From: Planctomycetota bacterium
Lineage (GTDB): Bacteria > Planctomycetota > UBA8108 > SXIK01
DNA length: 64,000 nucleotides
Reading direction: 5' to 3'
Assembly: GCA_965223265.1 (NCBI GenBank)
Contig: OZ244999.1
Location: 7,168,001 to 7,232,000, forward strand
The position numbers were made by a program, and so were the translations under genes. Below, piece after piece: positions 20,666-27,214 of this stretch. The notes beneath the pieces were generated by a model. It did no database searches, was not told the origin of the DNA, and saw only the letters and a program-made list of their open reading frames with translations. Numbering within the stretch: position 1 is the first letter of the stretch; every line of letters begins with the position of its first letter.

Positions 20666-20819
20666 CGTTCTCGCCCTCCACACCGTGGTTCTCGATGATC
20701 GCCTGCAGGAGAATCGCCACTGCCCGAGCGATTTCCTCCCGCTCCTTCGCGCTCAGCACTGCGAGCACGCTTTGATCTTCCGGCGGCAAGAACGGTAGAG
20801 TAAGCTGCGTCCACACCAT
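20652..20819 (-). CDS. Small accessory protein of the recombinase element (55 aa)
   Basis: AAGGAGGAGG RBS before ATG 20819; MVWTQLTLPFL...LSAKEREEIARAVAILLQAII; overlaps the recombinase start. Confidence 0.6.
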   Translation of the reverse strand: MVWTQLTLPFLPPEDQSVLAVLSAKEREEIARAVAILLQAIIENHGVEGENDEDR

Positions 20820-21111
20820 CGTCCTCCTCCTTGGTTCGAGTTGGTTCTGAGTCAAGGATGGACGATGGTGCTTCTTGGAGTCGAGACTCTACGATCGCCG
20901 CAATGACGAGGAGCTCCTCCACGTCGATGTGGGGCGATCTACACAGCTCCACCCACATAGCGCTCTCCTCGGTCATCCAGCACGGCACCAAGAGCTGGCG
21001 CTTCTCGATTTGAACCAAGTAGCAGGGCGGTTCTCTCGAGGTCCGCCGAACGACCGGCAGAGAGCGTCCCGCAAGGGGGTGGTAGGGATAGAAGACCGTT
21101 ACGGTCGTCAA
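20662..21111 (-). CDS. Y4bD/Y4pK (DUF5372)-like accessory protein; 5' end apparently completed only on the excised circle
   Basis: VTVFYPYHPLAGRSL...LVPCWMT motif, recalled as typical of ORFs beside this recombinase class; only a TTG without RBS here, and the frame is open up to the element end at 21138; stop overlaps the recombinase ATG. Confidence 0.7.
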   Translation of the reverse strand: MTTVTVFYPYHPLAGRSLPVVRRTSREPPCYLVQIEKRQLLVPCWMTEESAMWVELCRSPHIDVEELLVIAAIVESRLQEAPSSILDSEPTRTKEEDDGVDAAYSTVLAAGRSKRARSAEREGAGGNRSGSGDSPAGDHREPRCGGRER

Positions 21112-21139
21112 ACCAACATCAGTGTGGGCTACCCGTGGT

Positions 21140-21220
21140 CAAGGGTGCCCTCGCTGCGCTCGGCGCTGCGCGCCCTTGACACCCACTCCGCTCCGCGTTG
21201 GGGGGTGGAGTACCGCCGCC
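21140..21220 (+). promoter_or_regulatory. Right half of the structured leader hairpin of four-helix-bundle gene 1 (left half at 18430-18469)
   Basis: CAAGGGTGCCCTCGCTGCGCTCGGCGCT is identical to the copy-2 leader; arms CCCTTGACACCC (21173-21184) and ACCGCCGCC (21212-21220) pair with partners in, or reaching into, 18430-18469. Confidence 0.7.
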
Positions 21221-21265
21221 CGGACGCGGCGGAGCTGTTCACTCTACGCTCTGCGGAGGTCTCCC

Positions 21266-21589
21266 ATGCGCTTCATCGCTCTTGATGTCAGTCTCGGTTT
21301 GATTCGCGACTTGCGGGCTCCATTGCTGCGACTTCGGAGGCTTGATCCAGATCTCCATCGGCAGATTCGGCGGGCTGCTTCTTCCGTCGCGCTCAATCTC
21401 TCGGAGGGTGCCGAGCGCGCTGGAAAGGATCGGCTGCACCTCTATCGCGTGGCGCGCGGCAGTGCCCGGGAAGTCGAGACTGCCCTGCAGCTCTCGGTGG
21501 CCTGGGGCGATCTCAAGACCGAAGACGTCTCAGTGCCTCTGCAGACCCTCGATCGACTCCTGGCTCTTCTCAGCGGACTCACGCGCTGA
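21266..21589 (+). CDS. Four-helix-bundle protein (TIGR02436 / 23S-IVS / Avd-like family), 107 aa
   Basis: GGAGG RBS, ATG 21266; QIRRAASSVALNLSEG...ARGSAREVETAL family signature. Confidence 0.9.
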   Translation: MRFIALDVSLGLIRDLRAPLLRLRRLDPDLHRQIRRAASSVALNLSEGAERAGKDRLHLYRVARGSAREVETALQLSVAWGDLKTEDVSVPLQTLDRLLALLSGLTR

Positions 21590-21601
21590 GCGAGGCGCCC
21601 A

Positions 21602-21629
21602 AGCGCCCGCTACTTTCGTAGCGGGCGCT
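21602..21629 (+). terminator. 12-bp perfect hairpin after four-helix-bundle gene 1 (no U-tract)
   Basis: AGCGCCCGCTAC-TTTC-GTAGCGGGCGCT. Confidence 0.5.
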
Positions 21630-21647
21630 GCTCACGGCGCTTCCGAC

Positions 21648-21870
21648 TTCTGTATCTGGCCCTGTCTCCGTCATCCGAGTCCGTCTCTGGCTCTGCATCT
21701 GTATCTGTGTCTGTCGCTGACTCTGTCATCTGCTTCTGTATCTCTATCCGTCATCCGTCTCTGATTCCGTCTCTGTCCCCAACGTTGCAAAAGAGACGCG
21801 CCTTAAGACCGTGCGCGATTGCGATTGAGTGAGAGTTTGCGTGTACGTCTGCGTGTGGGTGTGCGTGGGC
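21648..21870 (+). repeat. Degenerate hexamer-phased arrays (TCTGNN/TCCGNN, then NNGYGT-like)
   Basis: tctgta tctggc cctgtc tccgtc... over 21648-21780 and tgcgtg tacgtc tgcgtg tgggtg tgcgtg over ~21820-21870. Confidence 0.7.
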
Positions 21871-22067
21871 GAGGGGAACACGGCACACCGTCAACCTCAC
21901 CAAACGTGAGGTCCGCCACGACGTCCCTCAACTGCCGATCGAACCTCAGGGAAAGGGTTTCTGAGCCCTTCCTGCGAAAACTTATGCAACTGTCGGGTCT
22001 GTCTCTGCCTCCGGTTCCGCCTCAAACCCGCCGCGCGAAAAAGCACGGCGGGCCCAAGACCGCAACC

Positions 22068-22391
22068 TCAGCGCGTCAGCTTCCAAAGCATCGCCTGCAG
22101 CTCGTCGATGTCCGCAAGCACCGAAGCTGTCTCCTGCGCATCGACGTAGCCCCAAGCCTCAGCAACACAAAGCGCCGTACGCACCTCTTCGGCACTGCCT
22201 GAGGCAACACGCCAGAGATGCCCGCGGTCACGACCAGAGCGCCGATTGCCCTCGCCCAAATTCAGCGCCACGGAGGACCCCGCGTCGCGCAGCTGAGCGG
22301 CAAGCTTCGAGTCGTGACGACGCACACGCGAGACAAGCGGACGCAACTGACGAACGATACCAACAGAGTGATCCAAAGCGAGAAAGCCCAT
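22068..22391 (-). CDS. Four-helix-bundle protein (TIGR02436 / Avd-like family), 107 aa, paralog of 21266-21589
   Basis: ATG 22391 (MGFLALD); QLRDAGSSVALNLGEG...ASGSAEEVRTAL; same length as copy 1 and colinear with it. Confidence 0.9.
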   Translation of the reverse strand: MGFLALDHSVGIVRQLRPLVSRVRRHDSKLAAQLRDAGSSVALNLGEGNRRSGRDRGHLWRVASGSAEEVRTALCVAEAWGYVDAQETASVLADIDELQAMLWKLTR

Positions 22392-22441
22392 GAGAAGACT
22401 CCGGTCAACCGGTTGAGTGAAACTCTCGCCGCACGCCCGAC

Positions 22442-22576
22442 GCGGCGGCGTTTCACCCCCGCCAACGGAAGCAGAGCCGGGTGCGGTCACTCTCAGAAGG
22501 CGCGAAGCGCCGAGCGCAGCGAGGGCACCCTTGAGGCCGGCTCTGCTTCCGTTACGCTCGACAATACCGCCGCCGC
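22442..22576 (-). promoter_or_regulatory. Intact nested hairpin leader of four-helix-bundle gene 2; candidate ssDNA (Frpo-like) promoter or structured RNA
   Basis: Outer stem 22442-22450/22568-22576 (9 bp); inner perfect 17-bp stem 22464-22480/22537-22553; TTGAGG (22531) -16 nt- TACGCT (22553) on the + strand. Confidence 0.65.
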
Positions 22577-22599
22577 AAACGCCCCTTGGCGGCACACCT

Positions 22600-22923
22600 C
22601 TTCTCTGCTTCTGTCTCTGCTTCTGTCTCTGCTTCTGTCTCTGCTTCTGTCTCTGCTTCTGTCTCTGCTTCTGTCTCTGCTTCTGTCTCTGCTTCTGTCT
22701 CTGCTTCTGTCTCTGCTTCTGTCTCTGCTTCTGTCTCTGATTCTGTCTCTGATTCTGTCTCTGATTCTGTCTCTGATTCTGTCTCTGCTTCTGTCTCTGC
22801 TTCTGTCTCTGCTTCTGTCTCTGCTTCTGTCTCTGCTTCTGTCTCTGATTCTGTCTCTGATTCTGTCTCTGATTCTGTCTCTGATTCTGTCTCTGATTCT
22901 GTCTCTGATTCTGTCTCTGATTC
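22600..22923 (+). repeat. 12-bp tandem repeat, ~27 units, TCTCTG(C/A)TTCTG
   Basis: Near-perfect array in blocks of about 11 C-type, 4 A-type, 5 C-type and 7 A-type units. Confidence 0.95.
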
Positions 22924-23099
22924 GCCACCGCTCGCCGTTTCGCTGCGGTCGCAGGGTGGAAGGCCTCTTCGCACGTGTTAGCATGGGCGCGTCCCCGAAT
23001 GTTCGGGAGCGGGCGCGGCTTTCCAAGCCAAAACGCATCGCTGTGACTCGTAGCCGCTGAACGCAAGTTCGACGTTCGTCTTCCAGCAAGCGACTTTTT

Positions 23100-25493
23100 A
23101 TGCGTCTCAAGTTTCCCCCAAGCCTTCTCGCCGCCGCGGTGCTGCTTCTCATGGGAGCGCTGGCTGCGGCGGAGTCTGCACCCCCTTCCCAGGCGCCTCG
23201 ACCGCTCCTGACACCGTTCGTGGAGACCTACTGCCAGCAGTGCCACGACGCAACCGGCCGGACCGCAGGGCTCGCCCTTGACGAGCTGCTTTCCGCCCCA
23301 ATGGAGGAGCATGTCGCGGAGTGGGAGTCGGTCGTCCGCAAACTCACAACGCGTCAGATGCCACCGCAGGATATGCCTCGGCCGGACGAAACGAGCTACG
23401 AGGCGATCTTGCTCCTGCTCACCTCTGAACTCGACGCAGCCGCCGAGCGTCAGCCGCGGACGGGACGTACGGAGTCACTGCGCCGTTTGAGCCGCACGGA
23501 ATACCACAACGCGATTCGCGATCTGCTGGGTTTGGAGGTGGACGTCAGCACGCTTGTTCCCGGCGACGAGTCGAGCCACGGGTTCGATCACATCACGGTG
23601 ACCGGTCTCAGCCCGATGCTGTTAAGTCGCTACATTTCCGCAGCGCAGAGAATCAGCCGCTTGGCAGTAGGCAACCCAGGGTGGGGAACTGGAGGCGACA
23701 CATTTCGAATTCGACCCGATATCACGCAAGACAACCACCGTGTGGAAGGGCTGCCTCTCGGAACACGAGGCGGCACGTTGATCCGCTACAACTTCCCGCA
23801 AGACGGCGAATACGACGTCCAGGTTTGGTTGATGCGAGATCGGAACGATGAAATCGAAGGCCTTCGAGACAAACACGAATTGGAAGTGCTGCTCGACCGT
23901 GAGCGCAAGGCGACATTCACCGTCGCGCCTGCGCCGCGCGGCCAAAGCGACCGCATGGTCGATGCGCATCTCAAAGCTCGACTCACGGTTCAGGCCGGGC
24001 CACACGACTTAGGCGTCACGTTCGTCAAGAAGCCCTCCTCGCTGCTGGAAAGCGAACGGCAGCCATTGAATGTGCACTACAACTACTACCGACACCCGCG
24101 TCTCGGACCCGCCGTCTACCAAGTCTCGGTCATCGGTCCTTTTCAGGCGAGCGGCCCGGGTGACACGCCGAGTCGCAGGCGCATCTTCGCGTGTCGGCCG
24201 GTCGGTTCCGAGGACGAAGACGCCTGCGCTCGTCGCATCCTGACGCGGCTGTTGCGTCGTGCCTATCGCCGGCCGGTAACTGAAGACGACCTCGAGACGC
24301 CGATGAAGTTCTTCTCGGCTGGCCGCGCGGGCGGATTCGACGTGGGAATCGAGCGTGCGCTAGCCGCGATCCTGGTGAATCCCAATTTTCTGTTCCGCAC
24401 AGAACGGCAGCCGGCGAACGCACGAGCGAACCGCCCCTACCGGATCAGTGATCTGGAAATGGCGTCTCGGTTGTCTTTCTTCTTATGGAGCAGCATTCCA
24501 GACGACGAGCTGCTACAGGTGGCGACACGTCAAGAGTTGAGCCGCGGCGAAGTGCTCGAGCAGCAGGTGCGAAGGATGCTCGTGGATGAACGGTCCCGGT
24601 CACTCGTGACGAACTTCGCCGACCAGTGGCTCTATCTGCGAAATCTCGCCTCGTTTGTGCCGGACGCGCGCCTTTATCCGGACTTCGGTCATAACCTACG
24701 TGACGCCTTTCGGCGGGAAACGGAGTCACTGTTCGAGCAAATGATGCGCGAGGACCAAAGCGTCCTGGTTTTGCTCGATTCACCTGCGACCTATTTGAAT
24801 GAACGACTCGCTCGGCACTATGGAATTCCGCATGTCTATGGCAGCCGGTTCCGGCGCGTGTTGTTGGATGAACGAAGCCGGCGCGGCGGAATCCTGCGGC
24901 ACGGCAGCATTTTGTCGGTCACGTCCTACGCAACGCGCACCTCCCCAGTGATTCGAGGTCAATGGATCCTTGAAAACCTGCTGGGCACACCGCCACCCCC
25001 GCCGCCAGCGAACGTTCCAGATCTGGAGGATCATACGGTCGCGGCTCACCTCACGGTACGCGAGCGTCTGGCTCGACATCGCGCCGACGCCGCATGCGCG
25101 CCTTGTCACGACGTGATCGATCCGGTCGGCTTCGGGCTCGAGAACTTCGATGCCGTCGGGCGCTGGCGGGAATCGGAATTGGGCCAACCAGTCGACGCTT
25201 CAGGCGGGTTGCCGGATGGAAGTGAATTCGACGGGATCAGCGGGCTGGAACGCGCGCTGCTCGAACGTCCTGAGTTGTTCGTCCAGACCATGACGGAGAA
25301 ACTGATGACTTTCGCGCTCGGACGCGGCGTCGAGTACTACGACGCGCCAGCGGTTCGCCGCATCCTTCGCCGTGCCAGGCGAGCGAACTATCGTTTCTCT
25401 TCTCTGATTCTAGGAATCGTCAACAGCACACCTTTTCAGATGAGGATGGCGGCTGACCAGGATGCCGAGAGCCCTGAAGACGCCGAGGGCTGA
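23100..25493 (+). CDS. DUF1592/DUF1588/DUF1587/DUF1595/DUF1585 planctomycete cytochrome-c-type protein
   Basis: Signal peptide, CQQCH and CAPCH heme motifs, LRRLSRTEYHNAIRDL, ASRLSFFLWSSIPD, TSPVIRGQWIL, ENFDAVGRWR. Confidence 0.92.
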   Translation: MRLKFPPSLLAAAVLLLMGALAAAESAPPSQAPRPLLTPFVETYCQQCHDATGRTAGLALDELLSAPMEEHVAEWESVVRKLTTRQMPPQDMPRPDETSYEAILLLLTSELDAAAERQPRTGRTESLRRLSRTEYHNAIRDLLGLEVDVSTLVPGDESSHGFDHITVTGLSPMLLSRYISAAQRISRLAVGNPGWGTGGDTFRIRPDITQDNHRVEGLPLGTRGGTLIRYNFPQDGEYDVQVWLMRDRNDEIEGLRDKHELEVLLDRERKATFTVAPAPRGQSDRMVDAHLKARLTVQAGPHDLGVTFVKKPSSLLESERQPLNVHYNYYRHPRLGPAVYQVSVIGPFQASGPGDTPSRRRIFACRPVGSEDEDACARRILTRLLRRAYRRPVTEDDLETPMKFFSAGRAGGFDVGIERALAAILVNPNFLFRTERQPANARANRPYRISDLEMASRLSFFLWSSIPDDELLQVATRQELSRGEVLEQQVRRMLVDERSRSLVTNFADQWLYLRNLASFVPDARLYPDFGHNLRDAFRRETESLFEQMMREDQSVLVLLDSPATYLNERLARHYGIPHVYGSRFRRVLLDERSRRGGILRHGSILSVTSYATRTSPVIRGQWILENLLGTPPPPPPANVPDLEDHTVAAHLTVRERLARHRADAACAPCHDVIDPVGFGLENFDAVGRWRESELGQPVDASGGLPDGSEFDGISGLERALLERPELFVQTMTEKLMTFALGRGVEYYDAPAVRRILRRARRANYRFSSLILGIVNSTPFQMRMAADQDAESPEDAEG

Positions 25494-25512
25494 CGTTTGG
25501 AAGTCGCGCTAA

Positions 25513-25672
25513 CAGCCCGTTGAAAAAGTCATTCGGCCGAAGAAACTGGCCTCTTCACGCCCAGCTCGACCGCGTCAATACTCGAAAATCCCGAAGATTG
25601 CCTCCGTTTGCCGCAGCCGATCTGGACGCGAAGAGACCAGTTTTCGGCTCGAAGCACTTTTTCAACAGGCTG
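25513..25672. mobile_element. ~160-bp MITE with terminal inverted repeats and a CTAA target duplication
   Basis: CTAA|CAGCCCGTTGAAAAAGT ... ACTTTTTCAACAGGCTG|CTAA; internal inverted repeat; second copy at 51765. Confidence 0.85.
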
Positions 25673-25757
25673 CTAAGCTCGATCGTCAAGCGAAGCGCCG
25701 CACGGAGACAAACGAAACATTCACGCAGGCTCTCGTAAGAGCGTCGATCGCAGGAGA

Positions 25758-27104
25758 ATGATCATGTTCATCACGAAGAAGCACCTTCCCAGGCGAACCT
25801 TGCTGAAGGGAGTGGCAGCATCTATAGCGCTCCCGCTGCTGGATGCGATGATCCCCTCCATGACAGCGTTAGCGAACACTCCCGCGAGCCCGGCGCGGCT
25901 TCGCCGGCTTGGTTTCGTCTACATGCCGATGGGCTGCGATATCACGCGCTGGAAACCTCCACAGGCGGAAGCGCTCAGCTCACTATCGCCCTCTTTGAGT
26001 CCGCTTGAGCGCGTCAAAAAGAACGTCGTGATCATCAGCAACATGGAGCTGCGCAATGCCTATCCCGGCACGCATGCGACGTCGAATGCCGCCTTCTTGA
26101 GCGCTGCTAAGGCCAAGCGGACCGAAAGTACGGACTACCATCTCGGCACGACGGTCGACCAAATCGCCGCAGCGGAGCTCGGACGCGACACGCAGCTCGC
26201 TTCGCTTGAGCTGGCGATGGACCTAGCCGCCATGGTGGGTCAATGCGACAACGGCTATGCGTGTGTCTATCAGAACTGTCTGTCGTGGTCGTCGCCAACT
26301 ACGCCTTTGCCGGCCGAGGCACATCCGCGCATCGTCTTCGAACAGCTTTTCGGGGACGGCGGAACTCCCGCGCAGCGCCGTGCTGCGTTGCAGGAGCGCG
26401 CCAGCTTGCTCGATTCGGTCACCGGGGAGCTTCAGCGTCTTGGCGAAACTCTCGGCCGACGCGATCGTAGCCGAATCGGCGAATACTTGGATGCAGTTCG
26501 AGACGTTGAGCGACGCATCCAGAGAGCCGAGTCCACCGTGACGGAAAACGAACTGCCCGATCTGGAACGCCCTCTCGGTGTGCCATCCTCATACAGCGAT
26601 CACGCTCGTTTGATGTTTGATCTGCAGAGATTGGCACTGCAAGGCGACATCACCCGCGTGATCACGTTTCAGCTGGCGCGTGAAACCAGCAAACGGACCT
26701 ATCCAGAGATCGGTGTCAACGATCCTCATCATCCGTTGACGCATCATGGCAACGATCCAGAAAAGATCGCCAAAATGGCGCGCATCAACCGGTTTCATGT
26801 CTCGTTGTTTGCCGAGTTTCTGGAGAAGCTTCAGGAAACGCCCGAGAGTGACGGCTCGCTCCTCGACCACGTGCTGTATCTGTATGGCAGTGGGATGGGC
26901 AATCCCAACCTCCACGACCATACCAACCTGCCAATCATCGTTGCCGGCGGCGCTGCAGGAAAGGTGCGCGGCGGCCGTCACTTGAGTTTCGAACAAGCGA
27001 CGCCACTGTCGAATCTTCACCTCACACTACTCGACAAAGTCGGTGTACGGCTGAAATCGTTCGCGGACAGTAGTGGAACGGTAGACGAGTTGTTGGCGGT
27101 ATAA
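25758..27104 (+). CDS. DUF1552 domain-containing protein (Tat-exported)
   Basis: RRTLLKG Tat motif, LELAMD...CDNGYAC.Y, HHPLTHH, GSGMGNPNLHDH; usual partner of DUF1592 proteins. Confidence 0.92.
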   Translation: MIMFITKKHLPRRTLLKGVAASIALPLLDAMIPSMTALANTPASPARLRRLGFVYMPMGCDITRWKPPQAEALSSLSPSLSPLERVKKNVVIISNMELRNAYPGTHATSNAAFLSAAKAKRTESTDYHLGTTVDQIAAAELGRDTQLASLELAMDLAAMVGQCDNGYACVYQNCLSWSSPTTPLPAEAHPRIVFEQLFGDGGTPAQRRAALQERASLLDSVTGELQRLGETLGRRDRSRIGEYLDAVRDVERRIQRAESTVTENELPDLERPLGVPSSYSDHARLMFDLQRLALQGDITRVITFQLARETSKRTYPEIGVNDPHHPLTHHGNDPEKIAKMARINRFHVSLFAEFLEKLQETPESDGSLLDHVLYLYGSGMGNPNLHDHTNLPIIVAGGAAGKVRGGRHLSFEQATPLSNLHLTLLDKVGVRLKSFADSSGTVDELLAV

Positions 27105-27214
27105 CAAGCCCGATTGGTCCAGAGACGTCGAACAAAGGCACAAGCTACCCTGAAGAACAGGGATTTCGGTCGCAACAGACGAGGATCGCCCGCGCTTTAG
27201 CGAAATTCTTTCCG

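Larger units (their letters stand above)
18470..21139 (-). mobile_element. 2,670-bp large-serine-recombinase element (recombinase + small ORF + Y4bD/DUF5372-like ORF) inserted at a GT dinucleotide
   Basis: Junctions gcgggtGT|gaagtcg (GT 18468-18469) and ccgtgGT|caagggtg (GT 21138-21139); removal restores a hairpin matching the intact paralogous copy at 22442-22576. Confidence 0.85.

Noticed and set aside
21266-22391. Diversity-generating retroelement (Avd-like genes)
   Set aside because: No reverse transcriptase and no TR/VR pair with adenine-specific mismatches was seen in the window.
22068-23312. 414-aa ORF joining QRQ(N/K) repeats to the four-helix-bundle domain
   Set aside because: Open only because the 12-mer array has no stop in this frame. 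It runs through the leader hairpin and antisense to DUF1592, and the paralog plus RBS define the real start at 22391.
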